A stretch of DNA of 64,000 bases from an uncultured Gammaproteobacteria bacterium (GTDB lineage: Bacteria > Pseudomonadota > Gammaproteobacteria > CAWCPV01), in assembly GCA_963797555.1 (NCBI GenBank), contig CAWCPV010000014.1, forward strand, positions 192,001 through 256,000, in the 5' to 3' direction. Below, in pieces: positions 15,700 through 26,313 of this stretch. The notes under the pieces are model-generated. The model was given only the letters and a program-made list of their open reading frames with translations. It searched no databases and was not told the origin of the DNA. A program made the translations under genes and the position numbers. How positions within the stretch are numbered: position 1 is the first letter of the stretch; each line of letters opens with the position of its first letter.

Positions 15700-15900
15700 G
15701 GTTGTCACAGTGGAAAGGGAATGGTCGCTGCGTCCGCTACCAACCGGCGGAGGGCGTGGACGCTGATGTAGTCGCCGAAGACCGCGCGGGCATTCTTGTC
15801 GATCAGTTCGGTCGGCGCCCGTGAAGCCGGTGAAGACGCGTTCGGCAGCGCGTCGAATGTGGCGTGCGAAGCTGTTGAAAGAGTCGTGGTCGTTGCGGCG
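15700..15900 (-). pseudogene. hsdR: degenerate fragment of type I restriction enzyme R subunit
   Basis: stitching frames gives [38 protein letters not shown], matching the HsdR helicase segment FxGFTGTP...TRAVFGDYI. Confidence 0.65.
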
Positions 15901-16071
15901 CGCCCAACCCCCTGCGCAGGGGATCGCGCCCGCGGGTTCCTTCGGCGGACTGTCCGCGAGGCGGGAATACTGCCCGGAAACGCTGCGGGATGGGGAGAAC
16001 CGCCTTGAGCGCAAAATCACGGGCTGCGTGCGGGCACGGGGAATTGCGCCGTCCCCTGGGTCGGCATGAAC

Positions 16072-16728
16072 TCACCTAGTCGGGAGGGCGGTTTGCGCGT
16101 CCCCAGTGAGACGGACAAGATCCTCACGAATCTTTTCCAACTCGTCACGAAGCTTGGCCGAGGCGCCAGTGAGCACGTCTGTCCTGGTCTCGTCCGCACA
16201 GCGTTTCAGTTCCCCAGCGATCTCTTTGAGCGTCTGGCTTATCTTGCGTGCCTCGACCCATGCCCTTTCAATCCCCCGCTCAATGAACTCTCGAAACAGC
16301 ACCAGCTCGTCATCATTGAGCTGGAGAAGCTGCTCCGTATGCTGGCCGGCAGCGTCACGGGGTTGCACCTCGAACCCCTCGAACCAGAGGTGCGAGGCCA
16401 TCACATGATGGCACGGATTGGGAATGAATATGCCCCGCTCGCCCTCTACTTTGCTGGGCCAATAGTCCGTCTTGCGGGAGTTGCAGTTGCCGCAAGCGTA
16501 GAAAAGGTTGGAGTAATTCGTCGTTAACTCGGGGAACTTCGCCGTTGGCTTGTAGTGGTCCACGCCAAAGGTGCCGCCGAGGCCGTCAGGAAGGCGGCAA
16601 TAGACGCACTTTCGGTCGAACTCATCGCGGAGGTACGGCTTGTATGATTTGTACGACCTGTACTTCTTCGGGTTCAGCCGTCTGACATGCTTCCATTTCG
16701 GATAGCGAAACGGCGTGGGCTGCTTCAC
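16072..16728 (-). CDS. HNH endonuclease
   Basis: CVYC...VDHYKP...NLFYACGNCNSRK. Confidence 0.85.
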   Translation of the reverse strand: MKQPTPFRYPKWKHVRRLNPKKYRSYKSYKPYLRDEFDRKCVYCRLPDGLGGTFGVDHYKPTAKFPELTTNYSNLFYACGNCNSRKTDYWPSKVEGERGIFIPNPCHHVMASHLWFEGFEVQPRDAAGQHTEQLLQLNDDELVLFREFIERGIERAWVEARKISQTLKEIAGELKRCADETRTDVLTGASAKLRDELEKIREDLVRLTGDAQTALPTR

Positions 16729-17234
16729 TTAAGGTCTAGCTCGTCCCTGACCTTCTGGTGCCGCTTGGCTGCCTGGTCGAGCCGTTCAGCGACCTCACCC
16801 AGGGCGGTCCATTGGTCCTCGGTCACTGGCGGCAACAATTTCCGAAGTCGCTCGCTCAAAATCGCCAGCCGCGCCTCATGCTCGGTGGATGCTCCCTGCA
16901 CGTACATCCTCGCCAGCAGCCGCACTCGCGCAGTGGCGCACCGTTCGGCTTCGTTATCCCCGAGTGGCTCTCGTACCTCATCCGCTGGCTGTTGCGGCGA
17001 GGACGTTAACGCTCCCTCGAACTCTGCTTCGACAGATGTTGTCTCAATGCGGATGGAAGACAATCGACGCAATACGTCCAGAAAGTCGGCGACACGCGTT
17101 GAAGTGCGTTCCTGTGCCAGATCCGCACTCGGTTGTCTCGTTTCGCCGTCGCTCCCCTTGAAGGCGTAGAACAGCGTCTGGTCGGGTTCCAAAGAGTTTG
17201 GCTGCCAACTGTAGGCTAGGGTGTAGGAGGCCAT
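16725..17234 (-). CDS. hypothetical protein
   Basis: ORF packed between the TIGR04255-like and HNH genes; 4-nt overlap with HNH. Confidence 0.65.
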   Translation of the reverse strand: MASYTLAYSWQPNSLEPDQTLFYAFKGSDGETRQPSADLAQERTSTRVADFLDVLRRLSSIRIETTSVEAEFEGALTSSPQQPADEVREPLGDNEAERCATARVRLLARMYVQGASTEHEARLAILSERLRKLLPPVTEDQWTALGEVAERLDQAAKRHQKVRDELDLK

Positions 17235-17241
17235 CTCTGCT

Positions 17242-17985
17242 CTACCGCTTCTTCATGGCTTTGCCCAGGTATGCCAGCGCTTTGTCGCCAATGGCCCAAC
17301 GGAACAACTTGAAATTCTGCGCGTTAAAGGCGACGAGAAAGTTCTCGAGTTCCTTAACAGCTACTTCCTCCCGATAGAAATCGAAGTCAAGGATATAGGA
17401 CCGGTTATCTTCGAGCCCATCCTCAAGACCGTGCCGGAAGTTGTACTGACCGTCAGTGGTCGCCCCGCTGATGTTCTGCCAATATTTCGCCGGGTTTCCC
17501 AACACGTTGTCCGTGAGAGGTTTGATGATGTCGTCCCGCAACCAGCCGGATGGGTCACCCTTGACGGGAATGACATTTACATACCGAAGCCCAACTCGCG
17601 TGAAAAAGTCGGAATCAATAATTTCAGCAGCCTGCTGCACCACCCACGCAAGACGCTTCAAGAAATCCTCGAAGTTCTCGTAGGCCTGTGTCTCCAGCGC
17701 GAACGCCGACGACCGGAGAGACACCGTCCAATCCCGCTTCAGCGACCGAAAAATGTACCGAGCTTCGGAATCGCGGCCCCCGGAGGGATGGAGACTGATG
17801 TCCGCAGCGCGCTCGTAGTGAGGGTATAACTTCCGCAGTGCCTTCTGGAAGGCAGGCGGGCATTCCTGTTCAAGTTCAAGTAGGGTGGGAAACCGCAGTT
17901 CACAAACGGTAAGGCGAATGAAGTTGCGTTCAAACTCCACGCGCTCGACATCGGGCACATTCAGATATCCGTCAGGTCGAGTCAC
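17242..17985 (-). CDS. TIGR04255-like protein
   Basis: VCELRF near N-terminus, TRVGLRYVN, YILDFDFY; GGAGAGG RBS. Confidence 0.7.
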   Translation of the reverse strand: MTRPDGYLNVPDVERVEFERNFIRLTVCELRFPTLLELEQECPPAFQKALRKLYPHYERAADISLHPSGGRDSEARYIFRSLKRDWTVSLRSSAFALETQAYENFEDFLKRLAWVVQQAAEIIDSDFFTRVGLRYVNVIPVKGDPSGWLRDDIIKPLTDNVLGNPAKYWQNISGATTDGQYNFRHGLEDGLEDNRSYILDFDFYREEVAVKELENFLVAFNAQNFKLFRWAIGDKALAYLGKAMKKR

Positions 17986-19419
17986 CGCATGGTCCTCTCC
18001 GATTGCACCACACCCTCCAGGCGGAGGTGATGCTCACGTCACCTGGCAAGGTTACTGGGCACTCTTCTCACAAATCGCTAGTGTTGTCAACGACCCTTTC
18101 AGCCCTTTCAGGACAGCCATCCCCTTTTTAGCCACGATTGGCCCCACTGCTCCTGGATGGAGTCGACGCCGGGGTCTCAGGTCACACAGCTTGACATGCT
18201 TGCTGAACGCCCTGCGTTACTCGCCGGCGCCATCATCCTGCTTGCTGTGAGGCCGCTGATGGACGCTCGATCACCTGTGACGGCTTCACCTGCTAGTCCA
18301 CGGTGGCCTTCGTGGTGCGCTTGAACTGGACTGGGACAAGCCACTGCTGGGCGGCCACGAGATCGTCCTCAGAGAGGGTTGTCTTGTTCTTGAGTGTGTG
18401 ACCGGCAGTCTCGGTCGCAGTAACCCGAGTGATGCCACGCGCAGCTCAAAGCGACGCCGATATGGGCTCCTCCATCGGACACCAGCGAAAGAGGAACTCC
18501 CAGTCGCCCAAGCATCGGGATCGTAGGAAGGACAGGAAATTCGAGAACACTATCCTCGCAGGAGCGTACTGCCTCGGCACCGATCGGTCAAGTTTTTTGC
18601 GTTGACAGCCTTTTTGGGGTGGTGGGGCCGGCGGGCGACGATCCAGGGAAGTCGCGAAGCGCTGAGCCGAGGAGCCTGTGGTAGCCATACGAGACCAAGT
18701 GCGGGGTCCGTCGACGTTCCGCTACTATGGCGGGCCGTCGGCCAACCGGGGGTTTGTAAACGGTGCTGGATTCTCGCCGGGGGGGCCGACGGACCTCCGA
18801 CCGCCAACCGCGACGGGCCGCCCCCGGCGCTACCTCGACGGCCTGCTGCTCAAGCGGGTCCAGGACCGGGAGGGTTTCAAGACCCGAAACCGCCTGAACC
18901 TCGGGTCCTCAAAGGTCTGTGACCGGCCGGTGGCGGGCCGTCGGGGTGGGTGGGCAGGGGACCTGTCCTTCCCTGGGGCACGCACCCCGGTCACTGGCTC
19001 CGCCCGCCCCCCGAGGTCTGGCTGGGCGCCGCCGTGGCCCCCCTCGCACAGGTGGCCGGGGCGCACCGCCATCCGAGGTGCCGCAGGTGATATTGTCCCT
19101 TCCAATCGCGAGCTCGTCACGGCACAGGCCTTCGCTCTCTGGGCTTCTGAACACATTGCGCGCCCTGCGTTCCCCAGCACAATGGCGCCCAGACGCCGAC
19201 CTTGAGGTCGACTTCACCAGGCGCGTCCGTCCTCACCTCGCCGGGTTGCCGACGGGTACCAAACAGGCGTGGCCATGCTGCCGACGACGGCCGCCGGCGC
19301 GTCAATGGGTGCGACCCGCGCCCCTGCGGCGTCCACGCGCTCATCGCCGATGCCCGATTGTCGCCCCGCGGCGCTTCAGGTAGCTTGTCAACTCTGACTC
19401 GGATGTACGGAGGTCCGGC

Positions 19420-20139
19420 GTGACCGCGACCATGCTCGATGAGTACAAGGAGCGCCTTCTGGCCAAGCTGGAGGCGGCCGCTGAGGCCGGTCTCACCCTG
19501 AGCGGGCTGGGTATCAAGGGGGCCGCCAAGACCGGCAAGCTCTTGAGGCAAGCGCTCGGCGAGCTGCAGCGTGAGGGTCGGGTCGGCAACCTCGGGCTCC
19601 TCACACAGCCACGGTACGTGCTGCAGCGCTTCTACCGGCCCTTGGACCTCGCTTACGAGCACGTGCAGGCGAAGGCCGTTCCGGGCAAGCCGCATCTCTA
19701 TACCAGGAGTGAGCTGGAGAAGGGGCTGAAGGGGCCGATGAAGGGAAAACTGGACGAGGCCATGGACCTTCTGGTGAAGGAAAGGGCACTGTTGCGTCTG
19801 AAACGAGGTAACGTGAGCCTCTATCTCCATGCTGCGTCGTTGGCGGGCCTGGTGCCCGCATCCGTGCGGCCTGTCGGGCCAGGCATAGACCGCGATCGGC
19901 TGCGCGAGGCTTACCGCCAAGCGGTGCGGGCCTCAGGCTTTTCCGACGTGCTGGTCGAGGAGGTGCAGCGGCGTCTGGACAGCTCCCTCGAGGATCTGAA
20001 GGCGCTGTTGATCGCAGAATGCCGCGCCGGGCGAGCGGTACCGAGCCTGGGGGATTGGTCGCTGTCCTCGGAGGCGGCGCGGACCGCGGCCATCGATATC
20101 AACGGCCGGCCGCACCTGCGCATCCGCCTCCTGGACTGA
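19420..20139 (+). CDS. hypothetical protein, probably tandem winged-helix domains
   Basis: GGAGG RBS; repeated helix-helix-beta patterns; first gene of a tight three-gene operon. Confidence 0.6.
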   Translation: MTATMLDEYKERLLAKLEAAAEAGLTLSGLGIKGAAKTGKLLRQALGELQREGRVGNLGLLTQPRYVLQRFYRPLDLAYEHVQAKAVPGKPHLYTRSELEKGLKGPMKGKLDEAMDLLVKERALLRLKRGNVSLYLHAASLAGLVPASVRPVGPGIDRDRLREAYRQAVRASGFSDVLVEEVQRRLDSSLEDLKALLIAECRAGRAVPSLGDWSLSSEAARTAAIDINGRPHLRIRLLD

Positions 20140-20142
20140 AAC

Positions 20143-22212
20143 ATGTCAACGGCGCACGGCGCTCCGCTGCTGAATCCGTTCGACGAAGACATCGTCTACG
20201 AGCCGCGCTGCATCGAGCCGCCGGTTCCTGGCCTGAACGATGCCCCGTTCGGCGCCGTACTGGAGGAGCTTGCCCGCCTCGACGGTGAGCCGGTCTACCG
20301 CGCCGCCAAGGCCAGTCACTCGCTGCTGGTCACCTCGCCGCAGGCGGGCTACGGCAAGTCGCACCTGATAGGGCGTCTGTTCCAAGCGCTGACGGGCCGG
20401 GCCACCTGCGTCTATGTGCGCCCCTTCGAAGACCCTGCCAGTTGCTGGAAGTCCATTTTGGAGCGGCTGGTCCATGAGCTGGATTACACCGAGCGCGGAG
20501 CAGGACAGCCGGAGCCGCGGCACGAGATCACCCAACTGGATGCTTTGGCCCATGGCGTGCTGTCCCATCTGGCGGCCGACCTGTTGGCAAGCGGTGTCCT
20601 GCGCAGTCGGCGCCAGGAGTCTGCTGAGATCGTACGGATGCTGCGGGAACGGCCCCTGGAGAAATACACCCCGACCCTGCTGTCGGGCTGGACGCGCCAA
20701 CTGCAGGCGCTGTTCCGTCGGCCCGAGTTCGCGCCGGTTGTCGTCAGGCGGATGAGGGCTCTCGGCGTGGAACTTCAGGCGGCGCCGGCCAACTGGCTGC
20801 GCGTCCTGTTCAGCTACTTCCAGTGCGGCGACGAGCTGCTGCGCGAGGGGTGTCTCGATTGGCTGATGGGCGACAGCATCGACGAAGCGCTTTCGGACCG
20901 GATCGGCCTCACCGCGAGGGACCTGCCCAAGGCGGAGCTATCGGCAAGCGAAGCCAACGAGCTGTGCAAAAATCGCATCCTCGACTTGTGCCGGCTGGCC
21001 GGCTTCTACCGGCCCTTCCTGTTCTGTTTCGACCAGACCGAGAATTACGGGAAAGACCCGGCGCTCGCGCGCGCCCTTGGGGCGGTCACCCAGGTGGTTA
21101 CCGACGAGGCTCGCAATCAGCTCACCTTGATCACGGCCAACCTGGACTCTTGGGAGCAGCGCATCCGCCCTCATTGGGAGGAGGCGCAGCTCCATCGCCT
21201 GGGACGAGTCGCGCACCAACTGCAGGGTCTGACCTCGGGGCAAGGTGAGCACTTGGTGCGCCAGCGCCTGCAGGCGTGGCAGATCCCCCCGGAGCGGATT
21301 CTCGTCTTTCTCGAGAGCGGCCGGCGCCTGGGATCGATGTTCTCCGACGCGCCGCAGATGGGTGTGCGCTCTTTCCTGCAGCGATGCTACCAAGAGTGGC
21401 AGGAGTTCCAGCGGCTGCCCGCCGTAACGCCGGCGTCGCTTGCGGAGCTGTTCAAGCAATATTGTGACGAGGTAGCGAGCCAGCCGGGGCGCTTGGTGTT
21501 CGACCGGGATGCTCTGTTCTGGCTGGTGACGGAAGTGGCACGGGGGCTTCCCGGCGTGGAGGTGGACCGGGTGCAGGGACGCAGCGGCCATGCCGTTCCC
21601 AGGTGGTCCCACGAGGGCCGTCAGATCCTGTTCGACTTCGAGGGCGGCTCCCACTGGAGGCGCTGGCAGTCCATCGCCCGACGCACCGGCGAATACTGCA
21701 GCAAGCATCCGGGGAGCAAAGTGGTCTACTTTCGGACGCCGGAACTCCGGTCTATCCCCGGCCGCTGGCAGGTCGCGCCTGAGGTCGAGGACGCCAAGCG
21801 GCGCCACCTCCACATCGAGACGCTAGACCTGAGCCGGGTCACCGAGCTGTACGCCGCTCGCGAGCTGTACGCGGACGCGATCCAGGGTGACATCAGCTTC
21901 TGCGCCGAGGCGGTATTGGGGTTCCTGCGGGAACGGCTGCAGCCGTGGTGGGAGCGCGTGTTGCGAGGGCTGCCCCAGGAGTCCGGGGTGCCCGCGGTCA
22001 CACCGGCCGCAGACTCCGGTGAGCTGCTCGGTGCGGTGCGAGCTGCCGTGCAGCGCGGCAAATTCCTCAGCCTGGACGAGCTTCTGACCAGCCTGCCCTC
22101 CGAAACGAGCCGCGAGGCCGTTCTGGAGGCGTGCGGGAGAGTGCGGGAGATCCGCGTCCACGCCAGTCCCACCATGACGGTCCTGCAGTGGCAGTCCGGC
22201 GCATCACCGTGA
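20143..22212 (+). CDS. P-loop/AAA-type ATPase with long C-terminal region
   Basis: Walker A SPQAGYGKSH, Walker B FLFCFDQTE. Confidence 0.8.
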   Translation: MSTAHGAPLLNPFDEDIVYEPRCIEPPVPGLNDAPFGAVLEELARLDGEPVYRAAKASHSLLVTSPQAGYGKSHLIGRLFQALTGRATCVYVRPFEDPASCWKSILERLVHELDYTERGAGQPEPRHEITQLDALAHGVLSHLAADLLASGVLRSRRQESAEIVRMLRERPLEKYTPTLLSGWTRQLQALFRRPEFAPVVVRRMRALGVELQAAPANWLRVLFSYFQCGDELLREGCLDWLMGDSIDEALSDRIGLTARDLPKAELSASEANELCKNRILDLCRLAGFYRPFLFCFDQTENYGKDPALARALGAVTQVVTDEARNQLTLITANLDSWEQRIRPHWEEAQLHRLGRVAHQLQGLTSGQGEHLVRQRLQAWQIPPERILVFLESGRRLGSMFSDAPQMGVRSFLQRCYQEWQEFQRLPAVTPASLAELFKQYCDEVASQPGRLVFDRDALFWLVTEVARGLPGVEVDRVQGRSGHAVPRWSHEGRQILFDFEGGSHWRRWQSIARRTGEYCSKHPGSKVVYFRTPELRSIPGRWQVAPEVEDAKRRHLHIETLDLSRVTELYAARELYADAIQGDISFCAEAVLGFLRERLQPWWERVLRGLPQESGVPAVTPAADSGELLGAVRAAVQRGKFLSLDELLTSLPSETSREAVLEACGRVREIRVHASPTMTVLQWQSGASP

Positions 22213-24053
22213 GTCAGCTCAAATGCGCTTGCCTGGACGAGGGCTGGCGCACGGCCTGGCTGCGAGGCGAGACCCCGCCTACCCGGTCCTTTGCTGCGAA
22301 CGGGGCTCGGGCGGTGCACGGGACGCTGTTCCACAAGCTGGCGGAGGACTTCGCCGCCTGGCTGAGCGGCGGACGATCGGTGCGTCGCGCCGCCAAGCTC
22401 GAGAGTGCGGAGGATCTGTGGGGTGAGCTGTACGAGAGATTCGCCGCCGCGCGGCTGGGCAGCCTGGCCGGGTCGGGAAAATTGGAGTCGGCACACCACC
22501 TCAGCCGCTGCCTCAAGGTATTCTGCCAGAGGCTGGAGGAGTTGCGCCGCCGCACCCAGGGCTTCGTCACCTGGCAGGACGTCTACCTGGACAAGGAATA
22601 TCCGCTGCACGACGTGCCGATCGCCGTGGGCGCCGGAGACACGCTGCGGGTCTCGGGCCAAGTCGACGCCCTGCGAAGCCATCCGACGTTCGGTGTAGAG
22701 GTGGTGGACTACAAGCTCTCCCACGGGGCCCAGGCCAAGCACGACCTGGTGCAGCTCGCGGTCTACGCTCGGCTGCTGGCCGTCACCAAACCGGGGCTGC
22801 GCTTCACCGGCAGCCTGGAGTATTACGAGCCTGAGCTGCGAGAGCTTCAGGTGGCGGCCGGGGATCTGGAGGGGATCTTCGACGAGCTGGTGCGACCGCT
22901 GCTGCCGGAGCTGGCGGGCGCGGGCGGACGCGGCCGTCCACGTCCGAAAGCGGCGCCGAGCACTTCGCCTCCGGGCGAGACGCAGCCGCCAATGCCGCCG
23001 CCGGACCTTTCGGGAGCCATCCGCGAGTGCTTCGCCTCCTTCAACCTCCAAGTGGAGGTGCTGGACCGGTGCGAGGCGCCGCAGCTCGTGCGTTATCGGG
23101 TACTGCCCGCCGCCGGCGTCAAGGTCGTGTCGCTGGTGAACCGCGCCCAGGACCTGCAGGTGGCCCTGTCGCTGGTACAGCCGCCGATGATCGAGCCAGC
23201 TCAGGGGTACGTGAGCATCAACGTCCCCAGGGAGCGGCCGGACACAGTTCTGTGGCGCAACGTGATGCATCGCGCGGCAGACCGGCTGGCCGCCAGCGCG
23301 GTGGCCTTCCCGGTCGGCGTCGGGGCGGACGGCAACGTCCTGGTCGCGGACTTCGCGGACCCGAACATGGCCCATGCCCTGGTCGGCGGCGCCTCGGGCA
23401 GCGGCAAGAGCGAGCTGCTCAAATCCGTCGCCGCCGCTCTGATGGTGCGGAACAGTCCCGAGACCCTGCGCGTCACCATCATCGACCCGAAGGCCCTCAC
23501 CTTCGGTGCCCTGTCGGGCGCGCCGCACCTGAGCGGCCCGGGGATCACGGACCGCAAGGAGGCGGTCGCCTGCCTGGAGCGACTGGTAGGCGACATGGAC
23601 CGGCGGTACCGGCAGCTCGCCGCAGAGGGCTACGAGAGCCTGAGTCAGCGCCATGCCGCAGGACGGCGCGGCATGCCCTTCCACGTCGTGATCTTCGACG
23701 AGTTCGCGGACCTCGTCCTGGCCGGCAGGAAGGAGAAACAAACCTTCGAGGCCCTCGTGGCGCGGCTGGCAGGCAAGGGCCGCGCAGCGGGGATACATCT
23801 GGTGTTGGCGACCCAACGGCCAGACCGTAACATCGTCACCGGGCCCATCAAGGCGAACCTCCCGCTCAAGGTCTGTCTGCGCGTGACCAGCGCCACGAAC
23901 TCGCAGATTGTCCTGGACCAGGGCGGCGCAGAAGCCCTCCTGGGCCGGGGTGACCTGCTCTGCGATCGCGGCCAGGGCGTAGAGCGGGCGCAAGCCCCCC
24001 TGGTGACGCCGGAAGACCTCGGCGGGCTCGCGCGAAAGGGCGTGCTGGGTTGA
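22188..24053 (+). CDS. PD-(D/E)XK (RecB-like) nuclease fused to a soluble FtsK/SpoIIIE motor (start 22188 or 22209)
   Basis: HGTLFH, SGQVDAL, VVDYKL, QLAVYA nuclease motifs; GGASGSGKS, VIFDEFAD, GRAAGIHLVLATQRP, GAEALLGRGDLL. Confidence 0.85.
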   Translation: MAVRRITVSQLKCACLDEGWRTAWLRGETPPTRSFAANGARAVHGTLFHKLAEDFAAWLSGGRSVRRAAKLESAEDLWGELYERFAAARLGSLAGSGKLESAHHLSRCLKVFCQRLEELRRRTQGFVTWQDVYLDKEYPLHDVPIAVGAGDTLRVSGQVDALRSHPTFGVEVVDYKLSHGAQAKHDLVQLAVYARLLAVTKPGLRFTGSLEYYEPELRELQVAAGDLEGIFDELVRPLLPELAGAGGRGRPRPKAAPSTSPPGETQPPMPPPDLSGAIRECFASFNLQVEVLDRCEAPQLVRYRVLPAAGVKVVSLVNRAQDLQVALSLVQPPMIEPAQGYVSINVPRERPDTVLWRNVMHRAADRLAASAVAFPVGVGADGNVLVADFADPNMAHALVGGASGSGKSELLKSVAAALMVRNSPETLRVTIIDPKALTFGALSGAPHLSGPGITDRKEAVACLERLVGDMDRRYRQLAAEGYESLSQRHAAGRRGMPFHVVIFDEFADLVLAGRKEKQTFEALVARLAGKGRAAGIHLVLATQRPDRNIVTGPIKANLPLKVCLRVTSATNSQIVLDQGGAEALLGRGDLLCDRGQGVERAQAPLVTPEDLGGLARKGVLG

Positions 24054-24182
24054 GTGACCCGTCGCGGGCGTGCCCGACGCGGGAGTACTGAGCCATCGCG
24101 GCGGCCGGACCCGGCAGTCGTGCGGCCCCGTGCTGCGACAGGTCGCGGAGTTCGACCGATACGGGGGAGCAGAGGTCCGCTC

Positions 24183-24899
24183 ATGAGTCGTCGTAGAGCG
24201 GAGAGCGGCATGAAGGCGTTTCTCGGCGTTGTGGTAGCCATAACTGCATCGCTGTGGTGGCGGATTACACGCAGCGTCGATGCGTCAATCGGGCGTATGC
24301 GCGAGCCCGAAGCGCGGCTACGGCAAGCGGTCGAGGAGCCAGGCGGGGACTTCGCCGCGCTGATCGAGGCTACGGATGCTTGGGCTCGCGCCCACGGGTT
24401 GACGAAGGACGAGGTGCTGGAGTTCTTCAGCCTGTCGGCGGGGAATCCCCTCCGGGTCTGTCCCTGGCGCGATGACGCTGCCGGCACGTTCCTCGCCCTC
24501 TACTACGCCAGGATCCCGCTCAGAGGGCGGACGGTTCAACGGTCGCTGCGGGACCTGGTGACGCTTTACGGGGAAGAGCGGAGCGTTACGACCTCCGACA
24601 GCAGGGATGGCGTTCTCCTGCCGCGGGCTGAGGGCGCTTACGCCCAGGCATTTCCAGGCGCCGGCCTCGATGCGCTTTATGCCGAGCACCAGACGGCGTG
24701 CCGGCTCCTGGAGGAGAAGACGGACGCTCGTGCCCAGCCCCTACGAGCCGACACGCGCGACATCATGCTGCGGGCCATTCGGCGTCAGTTGGACCATGTC
24801 ACGTCCTTGCCGCTCTGGTATCTACGGGGGGCATACTGGTACCTGGTGCGGCGCCGGCTGTTGGCCGGAAAGCCTCTGAGATCGCAGGGTCTCCTATGA
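24183..24899 (+). CDS. hypothetical membrane-anchored protein
   Basis: ORF with N-terminal hydrophobic segment; start uncertain. Confidence 0.5.
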   Translation: MSRRRAESGMKAFLGVVVAITASLWWRITRSVDASIGRMREPEARLRQAVEEPGGDFAALIEATDAWARAHGLTKDEVLEFFSLSAGNPLRVCPWRDDAAGTFLALYYARIPLRGRTVQRSLRDLVTLYGEERSVTTSDSRDGVLLPRAEGAYAQAFPGAGLDALYAEHQTACRLLEEKTDARAQPLRADTRDIMLRAIRRQLDHVTSLPLWYLRGAYWYLVRRRLLAGKPLRSQGLL

Positions 24900-25149
24900 G
24901 CCCAAACCGCGGACGGGCCCCACGGGAGCATTCGGTGCACGGTGTCACGGAGCCGTTTTTGCGATACCAAGTGCGGGCGGCGGCCCCCACAGTTCGGCAA
25001 TGGGTGCTCAACTTACAGGCGGGAGTCCTGGTTGAATGTTCGTGAGAGAGCGGCGAATGTGCTGCCGCTTCGTTGGCTCACGGTGCAATGGCGCCTGTAA
25101 GCGCGATCACAGTATGAGCCGTGGGCTGTTCCGGCGGCTCATTTGACCT

Positions 25150-26190
25150 GTGGGGGGCGACGCGTTGTCGAGAAAGACCATCGTCATCGCCCACCGGGGC
25201 GCCAGCGGCTATCTGCCGGAGCACACACTGGCTTCGTATGCGGTTGCCATCCTGCAGGGCGCGGACTACGTGGAGCCCGACCTGGTGATCACCCGGGACG
25301 GGCAACTCATCGCACGCCACGACAACATCCTCAACCTGACCACCGACGTGGGGTCTCGGCCGGAGTTCGCCGCGCGCCGCACCAGCAAGCTCGTCGATGG
25401 GACAGCCGCGACCGGCTGGTTCAGCGAGGACTTCACTCTGGAGGAGATCAAGAGGGTGCGGGCCGTGGAGCGCATTCCCGACCTACGGCCCGCCAACAGC
25501 CGTTTCGACGGCCAGTTCGAGGTGCCGACCCTGCAGGAGGTCATCGACTTGGTGAAGGCTATGGAACGAGTCACCGGGCGCGCGATAGGCATCTACCCGG
25601 AGACCAAGCACCCGACCTACTTCGAGCGCATCGGCCTGCCGCTGGAGGAGCGTTTGGTTGGCATCCTACACGCCAACGGCTATGCGGGGCGCCAAGCCCG
25701 AGTCTTCATTCAGTCCTTCGAGGTCGGCAACCTCAGGCGCCTGCGGGCGCTGACCGACCTGCCGCTCATCCAGCTCCTCGCCAGGGACGGCCGGCCCTAC
25801 GACATGGAGGCGGCCGGCGGCACCGGCGGGTACCAGCAGATGGCGACTGCCCGCGGTCTAGCGGAGATCGCGGCCTACGCGGACGGCGTCGGTCCCGACA
25901 AGCGTCTGATCATTCCCCTCGACGCGGACGGCAACGTGGATGCGGGCCGCACCACCGCGTTCGTGGCAGACGCACACGGCGTGGGCTTGCAGGTCCATCC
26001 CTACACCTTCCGCGCCGAAAACGTCTTCCTGCCCAGGAGCTTGCGGCGTGGGGCAGGCGCCCCGAGCGACCTCGGCAATCTGCCGCGCGAGCTGGACGCC
26101 TTCCTCGGCGCGGGAATCGACGGGTTCTTCGTAGACCAGCCCGACATCGGCGTCCGGGTTCGGGACCGGTTCGTTGCCGGCGGCTTCTAG
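25150..26190 (+). CDS. glpQ: glycerophosphodiester phosphodiesterase
   Basis: IAHRGASGYLPEHT, EPDLV, IYPETKHP, QSFE, VHPYTFR. Confidence 0.9.
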   Translation: MGGDALSRKTIVIAHRGASGYLPEHTLASYAVAILQGADYVEPDLVITRDGQLIARHDNILNLTTDVGSRPEFAARRTSKLVDGTAATGWFSEDFTLEEIKRVRAVERIPDLRPANSRFDGQFEVPTLQEVIDLVKAMERVTGRAIGIYPETKHPTYFERIGLPLEERLVGILHANGYAGRQARVFIQSFEVGNLRRLRALTDLPLIQLLARDGRPYDMEAAGGTGGYQQMATARGLAEIAAYADGVGPDKRLIIPLDADGNVDAGRTTAFVADAHGVGLQVHPYTFRAENVFLPRSLRRGAGAPSDLGNLPRELDAFLGAGIDGFFVDQPDIGVRVRDRFVAGGF

Positions 26191-26313
26191 ACCGCCCGGC
26201 GCGCCAGGCGTATGTTTGGGGCGGCTCCCGGCGCGGCGGGAGCCAGGATCAGGTCTGCCGTTTCAGGCCCGCGCGTTCCATAACAGCCTCAGAGCCCGGA
26301 GCGAGCGCCTTCT

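Noticed and set aside
18000-19400. 1.4 kb without a convincing gene; possible ncRNA or gene relics
   Set aside because: No recognisable motif, repeat or structure I can support; BLASTX/Rfam needed.
22188-24053. Housekeeping cell-division ftsK
   Set aside because: No N-terminal TM domain; has a nuclease domain and an island context instead.
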